From the NCBI GenBank assembly GCA_035697025.1, contig DASSDQ010000073.1, forward strand, positions 1 through 54,938: a stretch of DNA of 54,938 bases. The letters are read 5' to 3'. Made by a program: the position numbers and the translations under genes. How positions within the stretch are numbered: position 1 is the first letter of the stretch; every line of letters starts with the position of its first letter. The DNA comes from Erysipelotrichaceae bacterium (lineage in GTDB: Bacteria > Bacillota_I > Bacilli_A > Erysipelotrichales > Erysipelotrichaceae). Of this stretch, positions 42,782 through 52,004 are shown piece by piece. The notes under the pieces are model-generated. The model ran no database searches, was not told where the DNA came from, and saw only the letters and a program-made list of their open reading frames with translations.

Positions 42782-43527
42782 AGAGAGTTTTATGTACTGT
42801 GATGTATCATGGTGCACATTACTCAGGGTGGCAAGTTCAAGACAATAAACCATCAATTCAATCCACTATCCAAAATGTATTAAGTCGTATGCATCATCAT
42901 CCAGTCAAAATTGTTGGATCAGGTAGAACGGATGCTGGAGTACATGCGTTTGGTCAATGTTTCCACTTTGATACAGATTTATCATTGAGTGAAGAACGAT
43001 GGATAATTGCGATTAATAGTCAATTACCAAAAGATATAAAGATTTTAGACGCAATTTTTGTTCATTCTCAATTCCATGCTCGTTTTAGTGTTGTATCAAA
43101 ACGGTATGATTACTTGATTTCGAAAGAGGAATCAAATCCTTTTAGTTATCAAACACATTTAAGTATTACGAAAAAACTTAACTTCAATGCGATAAATCAA
43201 GCCATTAGTATTTTAATTGGTACGCATGATTTTTCTAGTTTCTGTTCAAACACAAAAGAAGAAATGCCAAACCAAGTACGAACAATTATGCATTTTGAAT
43301 GCATAGATGAAGATGAACAAATTAGATTTATCTTAATCGGAGATGGTTTTTTACGCTATATGGTAAGAATGTTAGTTGCGATTTTAGTAGATGTTGGTTT
43401 AGGAAAACTAACTGTAAAAGATGTTCAAATGATACTAGATAAACGAGATAAACGTGCTTATAGTGGTATTATCGATGCATGTGGGCTTTACTTAATGGAA
43501 GTGCATTATAAAGAGGATGTATCATGA
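42766..43527 (+). CDS. truA: tRNA pseudouridine(38-40) synthase TruA
   Basis: YHGAHYSGWQVQ and GSGRTDAGVHA (catalytic Asp). ATG 42766 lies 6 nt after AGGAAG. Confidence 0.92.
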   Translation: MDKSIKRVLCTVMYHGAHYSGWQVQDNKPSIQSTIQNVLSRMHHHPVKIVGSGRTDAGVHAFGQCFHFDTDLSLSEERWIIAINSQLPKDIKILDAIFVHSQFHARFSVVSKRYDYLISKEESNPFSYQTHLSITKKLNFNAINQAISILIGTHDFSSFCSNTKEEMPNQVRTIMHFECIDEDEQIRFILIGDGFLRYMVRMLVAILVDVGLGKLTVKDVQMILDKRDKRAYSGIIDACGLYLMEVHYKEDVS

Positions 43528-44312
43528 TAAAGACAAATTACCATACACACACAACGCGATGTAAACACGCAGAAGGTAGTGATGAAGAATATGTATTAGC
43601 AGCAATTGAAGCTGGATTGACTGAGATTGGCTTTTCTGACCATGCCCCATGGCCAAAACTACCATTAGAAACTCACCAAATTCGTATGGATATTAGTGAA
43701 TTTGAAGATTATGTTCAATCAATTAAGCGACTTCAAAGACAATATGCGAAGCGTATTAAAATTAATTTAGGGCTAGAGGCAGAATATTACGCGGATCGAA
43801 TGGATTTTATGAAAAATTTATTAACTGAAACACCATTGGATTATCTTGTGTTTGGTAATCATTTTCATCTATTTGAAGCGCGTGGTCATTATTATGGCAA
43901 TTACAGTGATTCTGCAAACTTGTTAGCGCATTATGAAGCTGATTCGATCAATGGTTTAAGAACCGGTTTGTTTAAGATTTTTGCGCATCCTGATTTATTT
44001 GTTCGTTCATTAAAAGAATGGAATAAGGATGTTGAGAATATGTCGCGTCGAATTATTCAATGCGCTAAAGAAATGAATGTTGTTTTAGAATATAATTTAG
44101 GTGGTATTCGTAACTTTAGTCATTTAAAGATGACGTATCCAAGTAATCAATTTTGGAAGATTGTCGCAGAAGAGAAGGCTAGTGTAATCATTGGTGTTGA
44201 TGCACATTCCCCACAAGATTTGCTTGATTATAATTCTGTAAAGAATGCGGAAACATTTCTGCAATCAATTGGCATCACGATTATTGATGGTTTAGATATC
44301 CAAACTAAGTAA
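43524..44312 (+). CDS. PHP-domain phosphoesterase, HisJ-family histidinol-phosphatase-like
   Basis: NYHTHTTRCKHA, GFSDHAP and FAHPD motifs. Confidence 0.72.
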   Translation: MIKTNYHTHTTRCKHAEGSDEEYVLAAIEAGLTEIGFSDHAPWPKLPLETHQIRMDISEFEDYVQSIKRLQRQYAKRIKINLGLEAEYYADRMDFMKNLLTETPLDYLVFGNHFHLFEARGHYYGNYSDSANLLAHYEADSINGLRTGLFKIFAHPDLFVRSLKEWNKDVENMSRRIIQCAKEMNVVLEYNLGGIRNFSHLKMTYPSNQFWKIVAEEKASVIIGVDAHSPQDLLDYNSVKNAETFLQSIGITIIDGLDIQTK

Positions 44313-44335
44313 TATTTCTTGGGAAATAGGTAAAT

Positions 44336-45028
44336 ATGAACACGATAGCGTACGGATTTTCATTACTTATATCCATCGGAGTACCAATACTATTAAGTAT
44401 CTTTTTAATAATCAAGTCGAGAACTTTCTTTAAACCAATTCTTGTTGGTGTCATAACGTTCTTAATATTCCAAGTATTTACCCGAGTATATCTGATACAA
44501 GAAGTTTTACCAACTCAAGTTTGGTATATTCTTTTTACTTATCAATATCCAATTTTATATGTATTCTTATTATCCTTTACCGCAGGTTTATTCGAAGAAT
44601 GTGGAAGATACATAATGATGAAGTTATTTATCAAAAATGCCAATATAAGAACCGCAATCGCGTTTGGGATTGGACACGGTGGAATAGAAGCAATCCTTTT
44701 TATAGGAATTGCATTAATTATGACAAATCCAAATTTAATCGATTCCTCAAGTTTATGGATGAGTGGGTTAGAACGATTAAGCGCTATGATTATCCACATC
44801 ACATTTTCAGTTTTAGTTTATCAAGCCGTCTATCATGGTAAACGTTGGAATGTGATAATCTCGATTATTGCACATACACTTGTAAATTTCATATCTGTTT
44901 ATTTAATGATGAATGGAATAAACTTATGGATTGTTGAGGGATTATTAATCATTATGGCAATTATTGGTCTCTTTACTGTTTATGTTCAATGGAGGAAAGA
45001 AAATGAAACGCTTCTTAATCATTATTAG
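44336..45028 (+). CDS. YhfC-family putative intramembrane metalloprotease
   Basis: A polytopic membrane protein with FEECGRY, GIGHGGIEA and IAHTLVN motifs. Confidence 0.55.
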   Translation: MNTIAYGFSLLISIGVPILLSIFLIIKSRTFFKPILVGVITFLIFQVFTRVYLIQEVLPTQVWYILFTYQYPILYVFLLSFTAGLFEECGRYIMMKLFIKNANIRTAIAFGIGHGGIEAILFIGIALIMTNPNLIDSSSLWMSGLERLSAMIIHITFSVLVYQAVYHGKRWNVIISIIAHTLVNFISVYLMMNGINLWIVEGLLIIMAIIGLFTVYVQWRKENETLLNHY

Positions 45029-45401
45029 TTTGTTTTTATTGGTGGGTTGTAGCTCAAATAATATACCAGAAGGATTTGATGAAGAAACTTTAAATCAAAA
45101 AGCTGAATCAATCGTTGCATTACTAAATAATAATCAACTCAATGAAGTATATACAATGTTTAGATCCGATATTCAAACCATGGTTTCGGTAGAGGAATTA
45201 GATAAAATTATATCTGATAAGTTAGAAGTTATTGGTAGCTTTAAAGAGATTAGTCAGATCGCAATAACAGATACTAAAGATCCTAGCACTTCTGAACTTT
45301 ATGCAGTAGTAATTATCGTGTCTGAACATGAGGATGGAAAATCCACTTATACGATAAGCTTCAATAAATCACTTGAGATTGTTGGGTTTTATATTAAATA
45401 G
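45003..45401 (+). CDS. Lipoprotein, DUF3887-like (paralog of 46635-47054)
   Basis: Signal peptide plus lipobox LFLLVGC|S. GGAGGA lies 6 nt before ATG 45003. C-terminal YTISFNKSLEIVGFYI aligns with YTIAFDKDKNITGLSL in the paralog. Confidence 0.7.
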   Translation: MKRFLIIISLFLLVGCSSNNIPEGFDEETLNQKAESIVALLNNNQLNEVYTMFRSDIQTMVSVEELDKIISDKLEVIGSFKEISQIAITDTKDPSTSELYAVVIIVSEHEDGKSTYTISFNKSLEIVGFYIK

Positions 45402-45437
45402 TACGATTTAGAAAAGGAATAAATGATGTATTTTATT

Positions 45438-45470
45438 ACAAACAATCATTAAAATATTGTTTGTTTTTTT
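45438..45470 (+). terminator. Rho-independent terminator
   Basis: ACAAACAAT (45438-45446) pairs with ATTGTTTGT (45456-45464), followed by T6. Confidence 0.8.
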
Positions 45471-45586
45471 AAGCATTTTTTGCCTAAGCTTTATGGTATA
45501 CTAAACAAGTAAAAACGGAATATTGAATGGTGTTGTGTGTCTTTTGCTAAATAGATATAAACGACTTGAATGTTAAGTAATATACC

Positions 45587-45615
45587 TTGACACTTAAGAC
45601 GTTTAAGACTATAAT
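45587..45615 (+). promoter_or_regulatory. Promoter of rplM-rpsI
   Basis: Consensus -35 TTGACA at 45587-45592, 17-nt spacer, consensus -10 TATAAT at 45610-45615. Confidence 0.75.
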
Positions 45616-45621
45616 AACAAT

Positions 45622-45678
45622 CGGCACTTTATGCCAATGTAGCCCCGGAAACTACAATTGGTTAGGAGGAAATTCATT
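45622..45678 (+). promoter_or_regulatory. rplM 5' leader (L13-leader position)
   Basis: A roughly 55-nt UTR, GGCACTTTATGCC...CCCCGGAAACTACAATTGG, ending in the AGGAGG RBS. The small hairpin GGCA/TGCC is visible. The identity with the L13 leader is inferred from position only. Confidence 0.35.
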
Positions 45679-46116
45679 ATGCGCCAGACAACCATGGCAA
45701 AACCAAATGAAGTTGTTCGTCAATGGTATATCGTTGATGGAACAGGTTTAACATTAGGACGCTTAGCATCTCAAGTTGCTACAGTATTAAGAGGTAAACA
45801 CTTACCTACTTACACACCTAACGTTGACACGGGAGATTTTGTAATCATTATTAATGCGGACAAAATTGTCGTCACCGGAGATCAAGACGAAAAGAAAAAT
45901 TACTATAGTCATTCACAATTTGCAGGTGGATTACGCGTACGTTCTACCAGAGTTATGCGTCAAAACTACACTGTTGAATGGGTAGAAAAAGCCGTACACG
46001 GCATGTTACCTCATACACGTTTAGGTAACAAACAACGTAGACATGTATTTGTTTACAAAGGTGCAGAGCACCCTCACTTGGCACAACAACCAATTGAACT
46101 AAAAATTAAGGGATAG
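45679..46116 (+). CDS. rplM: 50S ribosomal protein L13
   Basis: [37 protein letters not shown]. Confidence 0.96.
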   Translation: MRQTTMAKPNEVVRQWYIVDGTGLTLGRLASQVATVLRGKHLPTYTPNVDTGDFVIIINADKIVVTGDQDEKKNYYSHSQFAGGLRVRSTRVMRQNYTVEWVEKAVHGMLPHTRLGNKQRRHVFVYKGAEHPHLAQQPIELKIKG

Positions 46117-46124
46117 GAGGAAAC

Positions 46125-46535
46125 ATGGTCGCTAAGAAAAAGAAAGCCGTCGTTACTTATTTAGGTACAGGACGTCGTAAATCATCTGTCGCTCGTGTCT
46201 ATTTGACTCCAGGAACAGGTATCATTTCTGTAAATGATAAAACCTTGGACGAATACCTACCACTTGAAACACTAAGAATGGTTGTACGTTCACCGTTACA
46301 ACTTACTGAAACTCTTGCTTCATTTGATGTTAAAATCAATGTTCAAGGTGGCGGATACACTGGTCAATCTGGTGCTATGCGTCATGGTATTACAAGAGCA
46401 CTTATGGAAGTCTCTGCTGATTACCGTCCAGCTCTAAAGGCTGCAGGTTATGTTACACGTGATCCACGTGCTAAAGAACGTAAGAAGTACGGATTAAAAG
46501 GCGCAAGAAGAGCTCCACAATTCTCAAAACGTTAA
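46125..46535 (+). CDS. rpsI: 30S ribosomal protein S9
   Basis: [22 protein letters not shown] and a C-terminal RRAPQFSKR. Confidence 0.97.
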   Translation: MVAKKKKAVVTYLGTGRRKSSVARVYLTPGTGIISVNDKTLDEYLPLETLRMVVRSPLQLTETLASFDVKINVQGGGYTGQSGAMRHGITRALMEVSADYRPALKAAGYVTRDPRAKERKKYGLKGARRAPQFSKR

Positions 46536-46549
46536 TTCGTTTATGGAAA

Positions 46550-46578
46550 GATTCAAGCATTGCTTGGGTCTTTTTTTT
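46550..46578 (+). terminator. Rho-independent terminator after rpsI
   Basis: GATTCAAGC (46550-46558) pairs with GCTTGGGTC (46562-46570), followed by T8. Confidence 0.85.
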
Positions 46579-46634
46579 ATCAATTTGACATAATAAAATC
46601 GGTAAATTATGATTAAAGTAAATTCGGGGGAACT

Positions 46635-47054
46635 ATGAGAAAGATAATTACACGATTAATGATATTCACATGTCTGTTTTTTTTGGTTGGATGTATGGAA
46701 AAAGAAGTGAAAGTGTTTGATGAAGTCGAAATAAGTGATTATGCGGAACAAATTGCGTTAAAGATTAATGATGGAGATGTTCAGTATGCCTATGATTTAT
46801 TCTTAGAGAAGTATAAACAAGGTGTGACGCTTGATAACTATCAGACATATGTTGATAGTGTATTAAGTGGTGCTGGTGTGTATGAGCGCCTAATTAGTGT
46901 TGAGTTCAACGAATCTAAAAATCCTTTGAATGAAGAACCGATTGGGGCTGCATATGTCCGTATGAAATATGAAAAGGGAATTGTTATTTACACGATAGCG
47001 TTTGATAAAGATAAGAATATAACAGGACTATCTCTACAGCTTGATTTTAGTTAA
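46635..47054 (+). CDS. Lipoprotein, DUF3887-like (paralog of 45003-45401)
   Basis: Lipobox FFLVGC|M. It shares the FDE..., ...YTIAFDK... architecture with the upstream paralog. Confidence 0.7.
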   Translation: MRKIITRLMIFTCLFFLVGCMEKEVKVFDEVEISDYAEQIALKINDGDVQYAYDLFLEKYKQGVTLDNYQTYVDSVLSGAGVYERLISVEFNESKNPLNEEPIGAAYVRMKYEKGIVIYTIAFDKDKNITGLSLQLDFS

Positions 47055-47096
47055 TATATTAATAAGGAAATAAATACGCATTATTTAGTATTTATA

Positions 47097-47711
47097 ATGG
47101 TCAATAACTTGAATTTCAATGATATAGCACTAATGTGGGATACTGATAGACGTATAAAACGCGCAAAAGTAATCTCAGATTTTATAAAAGGAAAAGTTAG
47201 ATTACATTCAGAAATGAATGTTTTAGAGTTTGGCTGTGGAACAGGATTAATTAGCTTTAATCTATATCAATCTGTAAATAAGATTATTGGTTATGATACG
47301 TCAGAAAAGATGATAGATGTATTTAATCGAAAAATAAATGAACTTAATGCGTTAAATGTTAGTAGTACTACTGATTTATTGAAGTATTCAAATCAGATAG
47401 ATTGTGTATTAAGCTCTATGGTATTTCATCATATTCTTGATATAAAATCACAATTATATGAACTATCTAAAGTTTTAACATCCAAAGGTGAATTGTTTAT
47501 TGTGGATCTTGATAAAGAAGATGGTAGTTTTCATAAGGATGAAGTTGGGTTTGATGGACATAATGGATTTGATCGAGATGAATTTTGCGAAATATTAGCT
47601 AGTATAAATTTTGAGATTATAAAAGTAGGGACAGTATTAAATGATATAAAACGTATAAATGGGACTGATGTTCCATATAGTTTGTTTTATATCCATGCGA
47701 GGAAAGTTTGA
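47097..47711 (+). CDS. Class I SAM-dependent methyltransferase
   Basis: Motif I VLEFGCGTGLIS, and post-I and II motifs (GYDTSEKM, VLSSMVFHH). No clear SD sequence, so the start is uncertain. Confidence 0.7.
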   Translation: MVNNLNFNDIALMWDTDRRIKRAKVISDFIKGKVRLHSEMNVLEFGCGTGLISFNLYQSVNKIIGYDTSEKMIDVFNRKINELNALNVSSTTDLLKYSNQIDCVLSSMVFHHILDIKSQLYELSKVLTSKGELFIVDLDKEDGSFHKDEVGFDGHNGFDRDEFCEILASINFEIIKVGTVLNDIKRINGTDVPYSLFYIHARKV

Positions 47712-47712
47712 T

Positions 47713-48732
47713 ATGATTAAGCCTAAAATGTTAAAACCTGGAGATTGTATTGCGACTGTTAGCTTGTCTTGGGGAGGAGCTGGCGATGAAGAGATTCTTT
47801 GGCGGTACCAGGTAGGTAAAAAACGCTTAGAGTCTGATTATGGATTAAAAGTTATCGAGATGGAACATACGTTAAAAGGCTCAGAATTTGTTTATAATCA
47901 TCCAGAGCTTCGTGCTAAGGATTTAATGGATGCGTTTAGGAATCCTGAAATTAAGGGTATTTTTTCGTGTATTGGAGGAGATGATAGTATTCGTTTACTC
48001 CCTTATATTGATTTTGAGGTGATACGTAATAATCCTAAGATATTCATTGGTTATTCAGATTCTACAGTAACTCATTTAATGTGTTATAAAGCTGGTTTGA
48101 TTAGTTATTATGGACCATCTATTTTAGCGGAGTTTGCGGAGAATATTAAGATATTCGAATATACAGATGAATCCATTCGTAAGACATTGTTTAATCCAAC
48201 AGTGATAGGAGAAATAAAGCCATCGACTACTTGGACATCTGAGAGAATTAAGTGGTCAGAAGTAAACAAAGATTTACAAAAAACAATGGTTTTACATAAT
48301 GGATATGAATTACTACAAGGTAATGGTGTTGTACATGGTAAATTATTTGGTGGATGTATCGAAGTATTAGAGTTCACGAAAGGTACAGAATTATGGCCAG
48401 AGCTAGATGAAGATACAATACTCTTTTTTGAAACCTCAGAAGAAATGCCACATCCTGATCAATTATTATATTGGTTAAGAAATTATGCAATTACTGGAGT
48501 TCTTACATGTGCAAAAGCAATTCTATTTGGTAAACCATGCGAAGAGAAATATAAGGATGAATATAGAGAAGTGATAAAAAAAGTTGTTAAAGAGTTTAAT
48601 ATCGAATGTCCGATTATGTTAGATATGTGTTTTGGACATAATGAACCAATGCATGTTATACCTTATGGTGTATTAGCAGAAGTTAATTGTGAAAATAAAA
48701 CATTTTCAATCTTAGAATCTGGTGTATCTTAA
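47713..48732 (+). CDS. S66 family LD-carboxypeptidase, MccF-like
   Basis: GGDDSIRLLPYIDF, the nucleophile motif IGYSDSTV, a Trp-containing insert TTWTSERIKWSE and the C-terminal FGHNEPM. ATG 47713 lies 1 nt after the upstream stop codon. Confidence 0.75.
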   Translation: MIKPKMLKPGDCIATVSLSWGGAGDEEILWRYQVGKKRLESDYGLKVIEMEHTLKGSEFVYNHPELRAKDLMDAFRNPEIKGIFSCIGGDDSIRLLPYIDFEVIRNNPKIFIGYSDSTVTHLMCYKAGLISYYGPSILAEFAENIKIFEYTDESIRKTLFNPTVIGEIKPSTTWTSERIKWSEVNKDLQKTMVLHNGYELLQGNGVVHGKLFGGCIEVLEFTKGTELWPELDEDTILFFETSEEMPHPDQLLYWLRNYAITGVLTCAKAILFGKPCEEKYKDEYREVIKKVVKEFNIECPIMLDMCFGHNEPMHVIPYGVLAEVNCENKTFSILESGVS

Positions 48733-48814
48733 AGTCGAATATTTTAGAAGAAATGGTGTTCTTTCACAATTAAAAAAATAGTTAAATTACTTCGTTTTTA
48801 GTAGCGAAATGTTA

Positions 48815-48843
48815 TTGACAGACTAGATTAGTTTTGTTATATT
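48815..48843 (+). promoter_or_regulatory. Promoter of the tRNA-Ile/tRNA-Ala pair
   Basis: -35 TTGACA at 48815-48820, 17-nt spacer ending in TGt, -10 TATATT at 48838-48843. Confidence 0.65.
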
Positions 48844-48865
48844 TATATGGCATCGATTGTGGAAT

Positions 48866-48942
<77 letters not shown>

Positions 48943-48952
48943 TCGATAGTTT

Positions 48953-49028
48953 GGGGTTTTAGCTCAGTTGGGAGAGCACCTGCCTTGCACGCAGGGGGTC
49001 ATCGGTTCGAGCCCGATAAGCTCCACCA
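48953..49028 (+). tRNA. tRNA-Ala (anticodon UGC)
   Basis: Acceptor GGGGTTT/AAGCTCC with G3:U70, anticodon loop CTTGCAC, encoded CCA. Confidence 0.93.
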
Positions 49029-49040
49029 AATTAACAAATA

Positions 49041-49064
49041 AGCCACTCTTGAGTGGCTTTTGTT
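49041..49064 (+). terminator. Rho-independent terminator after tRNA-Ala
   Basis: AGCCACT pairs with AGTGGCT, followed by TTTTGTT. Confidence 0.8.
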
Positions 49065-49080
49065 ATATAAGGAGGAAATT

Positions 49081-50463
49081 ATGTTGAAATTAAAAGAAAA
49101 CAAACAATTTTATATCAGCGTACTCGTAATTGCGGTTCCTTTTATGCTTCAACAACTAATTACTTCCTCTGTTAACTTATTAGATAACTTAATGGTTGGA
49201 CAATTAGGTGATGCGGCAATTGCAGGGGTTGCGGCTGCCAATCGTTTTTATATGATTGCGAACTTTGGAATATTTGGTGTAGGTGGTGCAATGTCTATAT
49301 TTTTAGCACAATATTTTGGAGCTAATGATAAAGAACATGTAAAACAGACGTTCAGATATGGAATCATAAGTGCTTATGTAATAATTGCACCATTTGTATT
49401 GTTGGGATTTATTTATCCTAACCAAATCTTAAGTTTCTTTACAAAAGATCTTGAAGTTATAAAGATGGGCTCAGATTACTTAAGAATAGCGATACTTACC
49501 TATATACCTATGGCATTATCAATGACAATTGGTAATGCGATGCGTTCTTTAGGTGAAACTAAGGTTCCGTTATATTCTTCGATCGTTGCTATTTTTACAA
49601 ATGCATTCTTTAACTACATTATGATATTTGGTCATCTTGGATTTCCAGCTTTAGGTGTTGCTGGTGCTGCGTATGCAACGATTATTGCGCGTATTGTTGA
49701 GGTTATCATATTCTTAGTTGTTTCTAAGCGTATGGATTTTATGTTTAAGACGGCTGTTAAAGATTTATTTAAAATATCAAGAAAATTAGCTAAGGCTATT
49801 ACAATTAAGGCAGTTCCTTTGACGATTAATGAAATATTATGGTCAAGTGGTATGAGTATTCTCTTTATGTTCTATAGTACGCGTGGGACAGAGGTTATGG
49901 CAGGGATGTCAATCTCTGGATCGGTTGCGGATTTATTCTTTACATTATTTGGTGGTATGGCAGTAGCGACAACAGTTGTAGTATCGCAAGTTTTGGGAGC
50001 TAATAAATTAGATGAAGCTCGTAATAATGCGTATAATATGATTCGTTTCTCAGTTATGTTATCTATTGCGTTAGGTATTCTAATGTTTGGGTTTAGTTAT
50101 ATTGCGCCAAACTTCTATAATGTGACAGAGTATAGTCGTGAGACAGCTGCTACATTCTTACGTATTATGTCTGTAATGTTCTGGATTTATATGTCTAATG
50201 CTCAATGTTTCTTTATATTAAGAGCAGGCGGCGATACTAAGTCTACCTTATTAATGGATTCAGTCTTTATGTGGACAGTAAATTTACCAGCAGTTGGTTT
50301 AGTTACATATTTAACTGGGTGGAATGTCTTTGCGATTTATTTGGTTGGTCAGTCGACTGATTTCTTAAAATTAATCGTCGCATATAGTTTAGTTCGAAAA
50401 GAGAAATGGGTTAAAAATTTAGCTCATACGCATGAAGAAAAATTAGTTGTATTAGATGATTAA
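49081..50463 (+). CDS. MATE family efflux transporter
   Basis: A 12-TM architecture with N-terminal LIAVPFMLQQLITSSVNLLDNLMVGQLG, typical of MATE/NorM. AAGGAGG lies 5 nt before ATG 49081. Confidence 0.85.
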   Translation: MLKLKENKQFYISVLVIAVPFMLQQLITSSVNLLDNLMVGQLGDAAIAGVAAANRFYMIANFGIFGVGGAMSIFLAQYFGANDKEHVKQTFRYGIISAYVIIAPFVLLGFIYPNQILSFFTKDLEVIKMGSDYLRIAILTYIPMALSMTIGNAMRSLGETKVPLYSSIVAIFTNAFFNYIMIFGHLGFPALGVAGAAYATIIARIVEVIIFLVVSKRMDFMFKTAVKDLFKISRKLAKAITIKAVPLTINEILWSSGMSILFMFYSTRGTEVMAGMSISGSVADLFFTLFGGMAVATTVVVSQVLGANKLDEARNNAYNMIRFSVMLSIALGILMFGFSYIAPNFYNVTEYSRETAATFLRIMSVMFWIYMSNAQCFFILRAGGDTKSTLLMDSVFMWTVNLPAVGLVTYLTGWNVFAIYLVGQSTDFLKLIVAYSLVRKEKWVKNLAHTHEEKLVVLDD

Positions 50464-50480
50464 AATATCTTAAAAATCTC

Positions 50481-50509
50481 TTGAAATGTGTTTATAACTA
50501 TGTTATATT
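50481..50509 (+). promoter_or_regulatory. Promoter of the tRNA-Asn/tRNA-Glu pair
   Basis: -35 TTGAAA at 50481-50486, 17-nt spacer ending in TGt, -10 TATATT at 50504-50509. Confidence 0.6.
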
Positions 50510-50521
50510 TTATAAGCACTT

Positions 50522-50597
50522 GCCTAAATAGCTCAGTCGGTAGAGCAAACGGCTGTTAACCGTTAGGTCGTAGGTTCGAGTCCTACTTTAGGCGCCA
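50522..50597 (+). tRNA. tRNA-Asn (anticodon GUU)
   Basis: Acceptor GCCTAAA/TTTAGGC, anticodon loop CTGTTAA, encoded CCA. Confidence 0.92.
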
Positions 50598-50601
50598 TTG
50601 T

Positions 50602-50677
50602 GGCCCGTTGGAGAAACGGTTAACTCACATGCCTTTCACGCATGCATTCACGGGTTCGAATCCCGTACGGGTCACCA
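50602..50677 (+). tRNA. tRNA-Glu (anticodon UUC)
   Basis: Acceptor GGCCCGT/ACGGGTC, anticodon loop CTTTCAC, T-arm GGGTTCGAATCCC, encoded CCA. Confidence 0.92.
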
Positions 50678-50689
50678 ATTTAAAAAAAC

Positions 50690-50718
50690 ACGTAAGAACT
50701 AAATGCTTACGTTTTTTT
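50690..50718 (+). terminator. Rho-independent terminator after tRNA-Glu
   Basis: ACGTAAG (50690-50696) pairs with CTTACGT (50706-50712), followed by T7. Confidence 0.85.
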
Positions 50719-50731
50719 ATGCTTAGAATTC

Positions 50732-50760
50732 TTGCATTCATTATTTAAATACGCTATAAT
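50732..50760 (+). promoter_or_regulatory. Promoter of tRNA-Lys
   Basis: -35 TTGCAT at 50732-50737, 17-nt spacer, -10 TATAAT at 50755-50760. Confidence 0.6.
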
Positions 50761-50777
50761 CATAAGGCATTAAAAAT

Positions 50778-50853
50778 GACTTGTTAGCTCAGTTGGTAGA
50801 GCAACTGACTCTTAATCAGTGGGTCGACGGTTCGAGCCCGTCACGAGTCACCA
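50778..50853 (+). tRNA. tRNA-Lys (anticodon CUU)
   Basis: Acceptor GACTTGT/ACGAGTC, anticodon stem ACTGA/TCAGT, loop CTCTTAA, encoded CCA. Confidence 0.92.
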
Positions 50854-50864
50854 AATGTCAAATT

Positions 50865-50888
50865 AGCCTTTAAACAAAAGGCTTTTTT
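50865..50888 (+). terminator. Rho-independent terminator after tRNA-Lys
   Basis: AGCCTT (50865-50870) pairs with AAGGCT (50878-50883), followed by T6. Confidence 0.8.
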
Positions 50889-50951
50889 AATATCTTGTTA
50901 GACTACTCTGACCCACTGACTTTTGTTCCAATCGAACAGGAGGACATTGAT

Positions 50952-52004
50952 ATGGATCGTATTCTAGGGTATAGTAGTGCTAATAAGGGGACTAAAAAGG
51001 TTAAAATGCCACAAAAATTAGAGGAAAGTAATGTAAAGTTGCCTGAAGTCCCGCATTATGAGTGGACTTTGGAGCAGGGATTCGCAGAATTTGAACGTTT
51101 TAACAAAATAAAAAACCTTCGACCTGCCACAATTAAGGATTACAGAGAAGGTTTTGAGAGATTTAAGAAATTTTATAATGAGAGATATCCTGAGTCTAAA
51201 CAATGCGGCAATATCATCAAGCACGATATTGAGGACTACATACTTTATCTCAGAGGGACGGGAATGCGCGATACCAGTGTAAATACCTATTTACGCAATA
51301 TACGCACCTGGCTTAATTATTTGTTTGAGAATGAGGCTTGTGGACATTTCAAGGTTCCTATTACTAAAGTGGATAAACAGATGAAGGGATCCTATACGGA
51401 CGACGAACTCCGCAGGCTGCTTGTAAAGCCTAATATGAAGACGGTAAGCTTTGCCCAATATAGAAACTGGGTTATTGTTAACTTCCTTCTATCGACGGCT
51501 GTGAGGGCGTCTACGCTGGTTGCTTTGAAGAACCGAGATGTTGACATTGTGAATCGCCGCATCGATCTACGTATCACCAAGAGTCGCAAACAAAACATTA
51601 TCCCATTATCGTCAAAGATGATCGAGATCCTGGTGGAATACATGAATCTAAGACGTGGTGAATTGGAAGATACGTTGTTCTGTGACGAGTTTAAAGATCC
51701 AATGACGTATGAAGGGCTTAAAACGGCTATACGGCGTTATAATTCAAAAATGGGTGTAGATAAGAGTAGTATTCATTTATTCCGTCATACGTCCGCAAAA
51801 CGCGCTGTAATGCAAGGGATGAACGTATTCGCGCTACAGAAGATGCTAGGACATAATGATCTAACGGTTAGTCGTGAATATGTTGAGATGTATAGCGATG
51901 ATATGGCGCAAGGGTTCGATAATTTCAATGCTCTTGATAGTTTGGATTATGAAGCTCCGCAAGCAGAAGTTAAGACTAAGATTAAAATGCGTAGAGGCAA
52001 ATAA
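50952..52004 (+). CDS. Tyrosine-type site-specific integrase
   Basis: N-terminal SAM-like core-binding domain. Catalytic residues in STAVRAST (Arg), HLFRHTSA (His-x-x-Arg), LGHNDL (His) and SREYVEMY (Tyr). AGGAGG lies 8 nt before ATG 50952. Confidence 0.88.
   Translation: MDRILGYSSANKGTKKVKMPQKLEESNVKLPEVPHYEWTLEQGFAEFERFNKIKNLRPATIKDYREGFERFKKFYNERYPESKQCGNIIKHDIEDYILYLRGTGMRDTSVNTYLRNIRTWLNYLFENEACGHFKVPITKVDKQMKGSYTDDELRRLLVKPNMKTVSFAQYRNWVIVNFLLSTAVRASTLVALKNRDVDIVNRRIDLRITKSRKQNIIPLSSKMIEILVEYMNLRRGELEDTLFCDEFKDPMTYEGLKTAIRRYNSKMGVDKSSIHLFRHTSAKRAVMQGMNVFALQKMLGHNDLTVSREYVEMYSDDMAQGFDNFNALDSLDYEAPQAEVKTKIKMRRGK

Noticed and set aside
44521-44841. Alternative-frame ORFs inside the YhfC-like gene (44521-44841 on the + strand, 44542-44802 on the - strand) and similar ones in other genes, such as 31496-31717 and 32437-32751.
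   Set aside because: They are embedded in well-supported genes in another frame, and they lack both RBS sites and family motifs.
50854-52004. The tyrosine recombinase as a shufflon or invertase acting on the adjacent tail-fibre genes rather than as an integrase.
   Set aside because: I found no inverted crossover repeats flanking the fibre gene segments. The immediate adjacency to a tRNA 3' end is the classic signature of an integrase. The idea cannot be fully excluded without the rest of the element.
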